A DNA stretch of 64,000 nucleotides from Nageia nagi (Eukaryota > Plantae > Pinophyta). Both the position numbers and the translations under genes were made by a program. Shown here piece by piece: positions 12,640-25,100 of the stretch. Below the pieces are notes generated by a model. It was not told the DNA's origin. It saw only the letters and a program-made list of their open reading frames with translations, and searched no databases. The DNA lies in the NCBI GenBank assembly GCA_050084985.1, contig JBITNC010000002.1, positions 22,816,001-22,880,000 of the forward strand, given 5' to 3'. Position 1 is the stretch's first letter, and the number at the start of each line of letters is the position of its first letter.

Positions 12640-12820
12640 TATTGATACTGGTTGTAATCCTTCTGCTGTAGATTATGGGTATTGTTGAATCTCATATTTT
12701 TTTCTATTGATCTTATTGTTGTGGTTGTGTGAGAGCCTAGATCTATTCCAATAATTAGTATCAGAGCTTTTCTTGTTGGGTTAAACACTCTTAGAAGGAT
12801 TTTCTAATTGAGTGGGAGCA

Positions 12821-14100
12821 ATGGTTGGAGATTTCGCATTTAATATTGAAAAGTTTAATGGGCAAAGGTTTGGTGTATGGAGGCAGAAGATAGAAGACTA
12901 TTTCTATCTGAAGGATGACCTATATCTAGCATTGAAAGGCAAACCAGAAGGCATGAAGGATAAAGATTGGAAGTTGTTGGATAGGAAGGCTTTGGGGGTG
13001 ATCCGGTTGAGCCTTGTTGATTTTATTTCTTCCAATATTTATGGTCAGACTACCACCAAAGGGCTCATGGATGCATTGGCAAATTTGTATGAGAAACCCT
13101 CGACTTCTAACAATTTATTTCTCATGAAGAAATTGTTTAACCTGAAAGTGTTAGGTGGATCTATTTAGGATCATCTCAATGAATTTCATGGCATTGTGTA
13201 TATGTTAGTATCTGTTGATATTGAGTTTGAAGATGCGATTCAAGCTCTTTTGTTATTGTGTTCATTGCCTGATAGCTGGAATGGCTTGGTGGTGACTTTT
13301 AGTAATTTTGTTTCTAAAAAATGCACTTTGAAGTTTAAGGATGTTGTGAGTGTGGTTGAGTGAGGGTATTCGCCATAAAAGCACTGGTGAGGCAACATCT
13401 AGTACAGCTTTGAGTGTAAGTGATAGAGGAAGGCAGAATCATAGGGGAAGGAGCCAATCTAGAGGTAGATCCAAGTCTAGGTCTAAGGTGAAAGGGGATT
13501 GATGGTATTGTGTAAAAGAGGGACATTATAAGAGAGATTGTCATGAGAGGATGGCTGATATAGGTGAAAGGCATGGTGAGAACTCAGAGGCAAATGTTGC
13601 AAGTGATGTTCTTCATGATGCTCTTATTCTTTTTCCCTTTTCTATTGATGAATCTTGGGTGCTAGATTCAGGAGCCAAGTTCCATGCCACTTCCTGTAGG
13701 AGTCTCTTTTCTAATTATGTCCATGGTGATTTTGGACAAATGTGTGTTAGTAATGGTCGCCCATGTCAAGTTGTTGGAAAGGGCACTATCCAACTAGGGT
13801 TACCCAACGGTTATCACTTGTAGCTGAATGAGATACAACATACACTGAAACTTAAGAAGAGCTTAATTTCAGCAAGGCAATTGGGTAATGAGGGATATGA
13901 TACTATTCTATCCAAACATTCATGGAAGATTGTGAAAGGATCAATGGTGTTGGCAAGGGGTGAGAAGATTGGCAACTTGTACCTGGTTCCCAATGCTTCT
14001 TTTGTCAAGGTTCTTCTAATTTGAAGAACGGTGTTCGATTCCATAAATGTTGGGATCGTAAGAAGCAAAGGAGAGTTACTTTTAACCTTGGTGAAGAGGA
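12821..14100 (+). pseudogene. Element C Tnt1/Tork-like gag + protease remnant
   Basis: IEKFNGQRFGVWRQKIEDYFY...DRKALGVIRLSL (gag) and SWVLDSGAKFH (protease); homology stops around KQRRVTF; several stops. Confidence 0.85.
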
Positions 14101-14454
14101 GGTAAAGAAGCTTGAGCATGTAGATGTGACAACATCAAGTTTGGCTCTGAAATCTTCTTTTGGTAACTCAAGCTCATTTGTTAGTTCTCGTGGTGAGAAG
14201 CTAGGGAGTTCTCAAGCAATGGGAGCTATAAGGAGGAGAATGAAATTCCAACAGACGCTGAAAAGTAGGATGGTTGATCTTACGAGATCCGGAAGGTATC
14301 ACCATGGTTTGTGTTCTGGTTCTAAGTTCTCACATGGATTTCTTAGTTTCGAAAATTGGGAGTTGCCCAATTTTATTGGTTTGGGGTAAACCATGTTTGT
14401 ACCCTCTCCTAATCGCTGCAATGTGTGCAACAAATTTGTCTCCAAGTGGCAGAT

Positions 14455-15052
14455 TGTTATGATGTGAAAACAAAGGCTATTAGAAAGTGGAGACTATTTC
14501 AAGGAGGTGAATGTGTGCATTTAATGTACAACGAAACGTCCCACTACTCCCTATATCCATGCATGTGGTGGATGCTATTTTAATGATGAATCTAAACCGT
14601 TGTTATTAAGTTACAGATTGTAATTTGGACCGTTGATTTTAGGTCACAAATTGTAAAGTCTTTTATTAGGAGTTTGTATGAAGGAAAATGAAAAAAAAAA
14701 AAGGTTTTTCTGTAGTATGTTAAGGTTTGTGAATACGAAAGCTTGAGAGAGAGAGCTTGTGAGAAACTTGAAAGATTTTGCATCTAGGTTGCTGCTGGTT
14801 GTAATTTCTCTACTGTTTGGATTATAGTAAAAGGATCTTACTGATATGTTTCTCCGCGGACAAAGCCTACACTGGGTAAACCTCATTAAATCTGTGTTGT
14901 GTTTTTTAATGTGAATGTTCATTTTTCTTCATGCTTGAATGTGGATGTTTATTTCCTTCTTGCTGTAGATTGTGAGTATTGTTGAATCTCTTGTTTTTTT
15001 TTCTGCTGATCTCATTGCTGTGGCTGTGTGTGAGCCTGGATCTATTCCAACA
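14455..15052 (+). repeat. 3' LTR of element C (~598 bp)
   Basis: TGTTAT...CCAACA termini; PPT upstream; matches the split 5' LTR pieces. Confidence 0.85.
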
Positions 15053-15785
15053 TTATCCATGAAAAGAAAGTATACCATTAATTGCTGTGGATAATATTAC
15101 AGATTTCAATTCACTCCAAAGTATATGTACTGAATCAAAAATGAGTCTGATTATGCCAGCCTGTCACCAGTGTCTTTTTCTTGTGCGATCAATATTAAAG
15201 ATATCGCCATTGCATTGTACTCTATTTAAGATAGAAACATATTAATATTGAGTATGGTTTTATGATTGTGTAATTACATTGGTAAAGTTTAAAGCTCATG
15301 TTCTTGTCTTCTGTTCCCTTTCTCCATGTCAACAATTTCAACTTTTGTGCTTTGATAAACATGTTAAACGGTTGATAACTATACATGTATTGTGTCAAAA
15401 TTTAATGAATCCAATTGTCTGGTGATAGTTGTATGTCATTGTTACATTGGCCGTTGACTTTAGTACGTGTCGCTCAAAGACATACCCATTGGAAAAGCCA
15501 ATCGGCTTAATTGTAAAAATTTAGAAACAAAAATAGATGGAAACACAACTAGCACTTCTGCATTAGTTTTTTTGTCTTTCTTTCTTTCTTTCTAAAGGAC
15601 CTCCAGTATTGGAATGCGTTTATTTCCACTGTCACATAAAACCAACTAAGATTGGATATGCACCTTTAACGAAATCACTTGTTAGTTGGCCTTACAAGTG
15701 CAGCTCCTGATATGTACAAAAGAATCATAGCATCATTTCAATGAATATCTATATTACACCTTATTGATTGAACCAAGTAACCAAC

Positions 15786-16120
15786 TTATACAACTTTATT
15801 ACGAAGCTCATATAACAGGGTCTGCATTGTTTCAAGATGTTTTGTAAGCTCTTCGATGTCTAGTATGACGGATTCAGATGATATTCTGGAACTGCTCAGC
15901 GAAAAATCTCTAGACTCTGCTGGCTGTGCCACTAAATTGCTATTTAATGTTGCACATATAATCTGGGACTCAGAAACGGATTTTTCAAGCATAGAGATAG
16001 TGGAATCCAGGCCTTTGCCTGAACTTTCCACACTGGAAGCTGCAGGCATGCATACACTGCCAATGCTGCTTCGTTGACTGTACCTGTCTGATGTGAAAAT
16101 CTTATCCAAGCTCCCAGATC
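15786..16120 (-). CDS. Exon 20 (last coding exon, stop at 15786-15788)
   Basis: (G)SGSLDKIFTS...HLETMQTLLYELRNKVV*; AG acceptor at 16121-16122. Confidence 0.88.
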
Positions 16121-19100
16121 CTGTTCATACGTTATACAAGATGATGAAAAAAAGTAGGTAATGTAAGAACCGTAAATACAAAAGTGCAGTTATAATGAGC
16201 AGCATATTTTTTACCAAAATTAGTTAGTTGTTCAATTGCAGCTTGACCAACTGATCCTTGTAGCTGCAAAATCTGCAAAATTCCTGCAGTGATTCTGCTA
16301 AGCGATTCGATTTCTGACTTGGAAAGAAGCACAAGATAGCCCAGTTCTTCCTTTGTGGCCTCTACTTCCACCTGCAACGAGAGTTTTCATAAGCATAACA
16401 ATCATAATACCTGTATTCTAGCAGCTACTACAAACTTTCTTTCAATAAAACAAGTCCTTAGAGAAGCTAAACTCCAATTGTTGTAAGACAAAGATTTACC
16501 GGCTCTTTAAAAGCTCCTTTCACGCTCTCCACTATCCATTTACCCATACCAGCTTCAGCATCATTGTCAGATATAGCCATACGAACTTTGAAATCAAAAC
16601 CACTATTGCAAGCACTTCCTGACTTAGAACCAAAGTCATGATTCTGCATTGATCCATTTCTTTTCCCAGAAAATTCTGGTGTAGTTGGACTACGTAAACA
16701 ATCTTCTACCAAATTTGTGCTTGAATCCAACCTTTTGCTGAGATTTACAGTTTGTGGTTTTAAGACCTGAAGTCCTTCCAAACTCACCTGCAAAAATCAT
16801 AAGTTCAAACTTTCATGAAACAAATATACAGAATCAAGACCGAATCTCAAAGTTTTTTTGCAATAATGAAAATAATAAAGAACCATAATACGTACACTAA
16901 TTACTTCAATTGGATGCCTCTTGCCAGGCTTTTCCTTTTGTGATAGTTGATGGAAGGAAGATTTTTCACTGCTCTTAGCACTGACACACAAACATCGCAA
17001 TGCCATGTGCCAGCATTTTTGTTCTCTTGGAAGAGAGAGCGTTGAGAGCATCTGTAACATTGGACCATTTGTCACACCCTCAGCACCTTCAAGAGCAAAG
17101 AGCCAATCTTGTAACCTGATATCTATCTCAATATCATCGGCGCTTGTAAGCTCCATAGATAGATCATGATCTAGTTTTCCCAGTGCATTAACTGCAACAT
17201 ATACAATAAATTATTTAGAATATTTCAATGTGGTAAAAAATGTGAAAATTTCCCAAAAAAAGAAGACTCTAAACGTAGTTATCAAATCAAAAAGAAAGGT
17301 ACCTTCAGTTCCAGCGCCTTTGGCTTGAGGTGATAGCTTTAACAATTTTGCCAATGGACCTCTTGAAAGGTTATTCAGCCCATTTTTTCAATGCTTTTCC
17401 TGGTCCACCATCTGGTCCTAGAATACCAAAACGATGCAGGAGCGCTTCATTATAGTTCATTCCACCCCCTAGCCGCACACCTGAGACTTTTACTGTTACA
17501 TTTAAACTGGGACATTCTGCATCCTTTGCTTTATATGGGAGAACATGAACTATGTTAACATCCAGGAAAGGTAAACAGCCCGCAGGACTATTTTGATGTG
17601 TATGGCCATTTGGAAAGTCATCTTTATGACCATCAATCCACAATACAGCACGCATTTGAGAAACACCATGTGTAAAGTCTGAATAATTTATTCCAGTCTG
17701 AAACGTTGAGGCTGCACCATTTGGATGATGCTCAAAATTTGCATTACAATCTACCAATGAATCCTTCAACTCTGTCTCAACACAATCGACTTGAACACTT
17801 CGCCAGCACAAGGCAGATGAAATCACCATTGCACCTCCCAGAGTTCTATGACTCACGTCAATGTGAAGTCCATTACCCAGAAACTGAACTAAGGGTGGGC
17901 CTTGAATCTCCATATGAGCAGGAATTGACTCAAGAAACTTAAGATACATATTATCAACAGAAAGATTAACAGCAGTATCACTAGGAACAATATCAACCAA
18001 GCCACCAAATGATACAGTCCTACCCAACCTTTTGTCTCCATTTTGCATGCATTTATTTTCCATCCTTTGTTTGCCTCCACTTCCAATTTTTGAAATATCC
18101 TCCCCAACTTTGCCCATATATGCATATAATTTTAGAACAAAAAGAAGTTGCTCCACGGATGTATTTGAGATGCACATTTTACATGCTACACCCATTCTGA
18201 CCACACCACCTGGAGGTGGCACTGTGATCAATGGAGTACCATCTGCTGTTACCATTGCTCCTTCTATGCAAAGCTCGTGCAATTCCACACATTGCCACAA
18301 ACCTGATTTTGCATTAAGTTGCTTTTGACCCTGAGCTACATCATCAATGCTTTCTGTTTCCAGAGACAAACTCAATTGAGTTGCTCGCATCATCCATTTT
18401 CTTTGACTGGCATCAATAGGCTGACCGTTCCATAACAAAAAGCAAGCTGGATCTTTTTCCAGATTTAGAAGCTTAAATGTCACAGATGGAGACTGTGCAA
18501 ATATCAAACTTTCAATATGAAGTCTTGCACCATTGAAACAGTTATCTACAACATCAAGAATCTCTCTATCTATCTTTGTGGCGTCCACTGGAATTGTAAG
18601 GCCAAAATCCCTGATACTAAAGTAAAATGAGTTCACTGAAGTATCAGGGAGAACGTCACCAGCATTAACCATAATGCCATCAGCCAGGAAAGAGGTTATT
18701 CTTAAGCAGGATTCCTCTTGAAGAATAATCTACAACAAATGTGAAATAATATTCATATGTGAGTGATTGCTTCTTAAAGAGACAGAATATTCTTTCAGGA
18801 ATAACTTCTACAATGTTTCGGATGAATTTGTTTTCAGTTGTACATTTTACCTTTATGGGCTGACATTGAACAACTGTCTGCAAAGCAAAAGCTGGAGGAG
18901 CAGGTGCAGGATTCTTCTGTAAAGTGTACATGGAAATCATAGGAACACCCACAAATAGTTGCCATCTTTGAGATTCCAACGGATTAATTCTAGGCCAGAG
19001 CTTTTCATTGGCTGCAAATAAAAAAATGTGAACAGTCAATAGTTGGGATAAACCATGCTGCAACTTAAAATTTCAGGAAACCCAAAGACAAGAAGCAAGG

Positions 19101-22100
19101 AATAAAGCGCTCAAGATTGGCATGGCTCATAGAAATAAGGACACACATGCAATGTCAGTTACAAGAATATAGGCCAAAACTTTGGTCATCTAGCAGATAG
19201 GCCATATATGAGCTTCAATCAGGCTGCTTCTGCCCTTGCTAAACACAAAGCTCTTTTAAGTCATGCAAGGATTCCTGTGGCCAACAATTATCTATGAAAA
19301 CTGTCAAAACCCCAAAGGTACCAACAAGATTCAGAAAGGGAGTTAATCTGAAGGAAAACAACAAGAAATGGAAAACTGTCAATGAACACACAAAATAAGT
19401 TAATAGAAAGGGCAAGCATGTTGTCATAAAGCCTTCACCCAGAGGGAATCTATCATGAAATTCCATGGTCTTACAAAGCAATCTTCACTGATCAAGTTCT
19501 CAAAAGGAGAAAGGTCCCTGATCGAAAACCCCTTCTGTAACCACCTGAAAATGATTTCTTATTTATTAATAAATCATATTTTAGGTATCTAAGAAATATA
19601 TTATTTAAATCATGCAAATATTTATAATATCAAGACTAATGTGCTAATCATATGCTGAACATGTGCAAATCAAGGCAAATATTTCTTAAATCATGTTTAT
19701 ATCTATAATTATCTTGAGAATATCATTAATATTGCATGTTCTTCTATAATTCTATTGAGATGAATATTATTATTTCAAAATCAGTTTTCAATCTCTTCTA
19801 TGTCTTTGCAAGTATAAAAGGAGGTGCACAATACAATAACCACTATCAAATCTCTTTGATAGGTGGTTGTCCATATAGTATACTTCCGGTGTCCCTGGAT
19901 GCCACCTATCTGAGAATTTGTTACGCTATAAGCTTAATGTTACTTGCTATCTTCATTATTTGCCTTCATACTACAAATCCCACAGCATGCACGAAGTGAG
20001 GTGACTGTTGACACGATGCCCACACCGTACTTATCTGCAATCCAAGGCGATAGATCTAAGGGACGTCAAGCATAGATCAAGGTCATTGAACATCTATATG
20101 GCTTCGCCCCAAATCCGATACAGTCTTATACACATGAGTCACATCTTGGGGATTGCATGCTTCATATCAGATGCACACTTTCTTAGTATTATTCAGATAG
20201 CTTTGATAAGTGATTTGCACTTTATATTGTAGATTTGTACTTACTACTGTAAATCATTATTTAGAATCTACATTTTGGTGAACCTGACATTTCTTACAAC
20301 CCCTAGAATTTTCATTTTAGGGCTTCGTTATTTCTTTGGAGTCTCGCATTGAAAATCCTTGATTTTGTTTTCTTTTTGGTTGAACTAATTTTTTACAAAA
20401 TTAGAAAATTATATTGCTTTGAATTTAATAAAAAAAATTAAGGAATTTTTATTTTCCAGAAAAACGTTTGTATAGAAAAACCTAGATTTTGGAGGCCATT
20501 AAGCTCAATTTGATAAGATCTAGTATTTCAAAATTTTGCCTAAACCATAGATAAATATAGTTGGGAAATTTTTGTGACTTTTCTAAGCCTAAAATCACAT
20601 ATTTTGATTAATTTTGAGAAATGTTTTGCAGAAAACGTCACATTAAAAAATTCCAAATTTAGAAAATATTTTGCAACTATTTGGTACCTTATTTCTTGAC
20701 AAAAATGTGTCAAAACCATAGATCATATATTAGATACTTTTTAGAGTAATTTGGGCTTGTTGCATGCATTTTCATCTAAATCTATAGAGGTTTTCAATTT
20801 TCAAATAAAACGTTTTTGCACAAAACACTATATTTTGAAGGTTATTTTCTTGAATTTAGAGAATTTTATCATCATAAAACTTGTCCCACATCATAGATAT
20901 ACATGTTAGCAAGTTATTTTTAATTTTGCATAATCTAAAGTTGCACAAATCTCCATATTTATTTGATTTTCTTACATATTCTAGAGCTTGCATTTTATTA
21001 TGGCTTCAAGAGGTTGTTTTTATGGATTATGGAATATGCTAGGTGAGACATTTGAATTTCATGAAAAACAAGAAACACCTAGAGTGAATCAAGATAAAGA
21101 AAAGCTCAAACAAAATGATCACCTGTAGATAACCATGAAAATGATATTGATATTGATGATGATGATTATACTATTGATATAGATTATGAGCCATATATAG
21201 ATATTGCTATATATAAGTTTGAGATCCATGATATTGAATTTGAAAATTTAGCATTTCAAGATCAACTCAAGAAAATCAAGAAACATATGTTGGCCAATCC
21301 TTATTTATTTTTGGGCATTAATATAAATCTTGATTTAAATAAGAAATATCATGAATTCGTACAAAGTATATCTTTTCACAAAGAACTACAGATATAATTA
21401 GAAAATCCCAATACAAAAGATCATTGCATGCAAATAATTCAAAGAAAATATTCCATTAACAACAATTAAAGTCAGGAACATCAATATTCTGGTTTTGAAA
21501 GTAGATATAGCTTAGTTGGTACAAATTAGGATCAGGATAATTCAAGAATATCTCTGAAAATTTCATGGTGCCCACGTTGTGCCAAAATATATAATTTGCA
21601 TAGTCAGTTCAACCAATTCTCAGAAAAACTCAAATAGAAATGGCATACACGTCTTGCAAAGTTGCAAAAACAGCGCCCACGTCATAGATTTGGGTCAACC
21701 ACAAAAATGGAAAATGAAACATTTAGTCGGCGAGATATAAACAAACATGAACAAGCTGCAAATCAGTTAAACCCATTTCAAGTTCAGTTACAGAAGTATA
21801 GAAAACAAAAATATTTATCCCTTGATGATTATCAATTTAAAATTGAACTCCTTATTTTAGCTTTTCCAATACAAATTGAACTCCTTATTTCAGCTTTTCT
21901 AATACAAATTGACCTCCTTATTTCAGCTTTTCCAGTACTCAGTTTATTGCCTCCAACTGAACAGCTTCAACAGGTTGATGCTCTTGAACAACTAGCAATG
22001 TTAAGTAACACAAAAGCATGTGAAGCTGTACAAGCAAACAAGATACAAAGGGACGGTGGTTTCACCACCTCCTAGTCTTCTGTAGTTTTTTATTTTGCAT

Positions 22101-25100
22101 ATCATATAGAATAAGATGCATCTCATATAGGCTTGCACTTTCATATTAGAATGCACTTCTAGATTGCGTATCATCTAGGTCATTCCATTGTATGCATTTG
22201 ATCATCATAGCAAATCTCATCGAGTCTTTCAATCATGTCATCTTCGCATTTTCATCTTTTCAATTGCTTTCTTTTGCTTCTTTGCATCTTTTCATCCTCA
22301 TCATTTCATCAACTTTTTTTTGTCTGATCAAGAATCTAAATTTTGTCATGTTAATCAAATGTTTCATGTCTAGATTAGTCTTGTGCCTAGTTATTGCATA
22401 TCATACTAGTTGCATCTCATAAAAAATCTCAAAAATAACAGCGTCCACGTTGTTGCAAAAAAAAAACAGGACAGGTACATGAATCAAAATCAGAATGAAA
22501 CATATTTAGTCTCAGCTAGGGCAGATTTAGATTCAGCTAGGGGCAAGTTCAGGGTCAGAAAGAATTCAGCTAGGGGCAGGTTCAGAGTCAGAATGAATTC
22601 AGCTGGGGCAGATTCAGTTTCAGCTAGGGGCAGGAAACAAATCGGATACCAAACTCAGAAGGTAGAGTTCAAAATCAAAAATAGAAAGGAGTTCTATATC
22701 AGATTATTTAGGATGTTAGAAATCATCAATCAGAAGGGCATCCATGTCATTCCAGTTCAGTATCTGCAGTGTCAAAGTCGTGCAAATCAATTCAACGCAG
22801 CTCATTTCAGAGGCACATAAGTAAGTACAGGTATAGTATACCATCTCAAACTTACTCATATTTCAGATATCTATATGTTTTAACATAATTGCAGAAGATT
22901 ATTTTTGAAAATATATGATCTATGCAGGTATGTTTCATTTAAGTTTTGCAGACTATCTTTCTCAATAAAGTTTTGCCTTAGTTCCCCCAATGAAGGATTC
23001 TCTAGGGGAAACCAAGTCAAAAAGGGGGCATGGAGGAGGCAACAAGTTGGCGACATCCACAAGCTATTCATAGAAGTACTCCTTAAATTCAGTTGAAAAA
23101 TTTTCTGCACTTCTCTTTTACTCTTTGGATTATGCAATTTCAATGTTTTCCATTACATATCGAAAGAGGGGTAAATGTAGCCACCTAAAAATGATTTCTT
23201 GTTTATTAATAAATCATATTTTAGGTGTCTAAGAAATATATTATTTAAATCATGCAAATATATATAATAGCAAGACTAATGTGCTAATCATATGCTTAAT
23301 ATGTGTTAATCAAGGCTAATATCTCTTAATCATGTTTATATCTATAATTATCTTGAGAATATCATTAATATTGCATGTTCTTCTATAATTCTATTGAGAG
23401 ATTATTATTATTTCAAAGTCATCTCTCACTATCTTCTATGTCTTTGCAAGTATAAAAGCAGATGCACAACACAATAACCACAATCAGATCTCTCTAACCA
23501 CTATCAAATCTCTTTGATAGGTGGTTGGCCATACGTTATAATTATGGTGTCTCTCGACACCACCTATCTGAGAATTTGTTATGCTCTAAACTTTATGTTG
23601 CTATCTTTGTTATTTGTCTTCATACTACAAATCCCACAACATGCACGGAGTGAGGTGACTGTTGACACGGCATCCAAATCGTGCTTCTTTGCAATTCAGG
23701 GCAACAGATCTAAGGGACATCAAGCATAGATCCAAGTCATTGAACATCTATACAACTTTGTCCCAAATCCGATCCAATCCTCAACACATTTGAATCACAT
23801 TTTGAAGATTGCATGCTTCTCATATCAAGTGCATACTTTCTTGGTATTATTTGATAGCCTTGATAAGTGATTTGCACCTTATATTATAGATATGTATTTA
23901 CTATATTTATTACTGTAAATCATTATTTAGAATCTACACCTTCACCACTCCAGTATTAGGCGAATGTTATACCAATAGAAAACAATGGTAATATTGGAGT
24001 AAGAGACTTGCTTTATTACATTCCTTAATCAAGTATAAATGGAAGAGAGAACCTAAAAATAGAAAAGGGTTCCTAAAAATAACATATATCTATAATTAAC
24101 TAGTATCCTATAATTAACAACTAATCTCTAATTAACTACTAATGTATTATTATTTTAACATACTCCCCATAATACATTAGGCCTTCAAAGAACATGAGAG
24201 GAAGCTCTGAAAGTATTCAAACTTTCCACAATCAAAAGATTTAGTGAAAACATTTGCATCTTGGTCTTTTGTGCAAATGTAATCGAATGTTGTGTAGTGA
24301 AACATGGTAACAAATGAAGTGCACTTGTATCTCAATATGTTTGGTATGCTCACAAAAAATAGGATCCCGAACCAATTTCAATACACCCTAATTGTTGCAG
24401 TGTAGAATGGTAGGTTGGCTCTTTAATATTCCAATATCTATCAAAATGCGATGTAATCATACTACCTCACGAACATCTACAACAACATGGTATTCCGACT
24501 TTGTGGTAAATTTTCATGTTATGCTCTGTTTCTTGCTACTTCAATAAAGCAATCTATATCCAAGAAGGAACACATATCTAATCGTTGATCTTCTATCATC
24601 CAAGGATTCTCCATAATCTACATCAATGTATCCAATCAAAAAGAACTTATCATTCTTCTTGTACTCCTAGGTCATAACGATCAATACCACAAATATATCT
24701 CAACACATGCTTACCCGATGTCCATTGTGCTTTCTTAGGTTTGTGCATAAACCTAGAAAGATAGTTAACATCATAGCAAATATCTGGCTTGATATATGAA
24801 AGGTAAATTAACCCTCCAATCAATTGACGATAGAGAGGTGCATCTACTTGTGGAGAACTATCATGGTGTGATAGATGTAAGCTAGGTTCAATAGGTGTGG
24901 GCACGTACTAACACTCTATCATCCTGAACTTCTCCATCTACCTCTTGATATACTTCATTTGTAAAACAAATATGTGCCCCTACATCTGTCAAACCTCCAA
25001 TCCAAGGCAATAATGAAGTGAAGCAATATCAATCATGTTGAATAGTTTCTTGATGTTATCCTTACAAGATAGGATCAACTCCTCATCAACATACATAATC

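Larger units (their letters stand above)
5997..15052 (+). mobile_element. Non-autonomous copia element C (gag+protease only, TR-GAG-like); 5' LTR split by insertions A and B
   Basis: 5997-6079 and 12640-12753 match parts of the intact 3' LTR at 14455-15052. PBS TAGTATCAGAGC at 12756-12767; PPT-like CCAAGTGGCAGAT before TG 14455. The ~1.7-kb internal region has no integrase core, RT or RNase H. Confidence 0.85.

Noticed and set aside
17706-18328. Plus-strand and alternate-frame ORFs over exon 16
   Set aside because: Shadow ORFs of the real coding exon.
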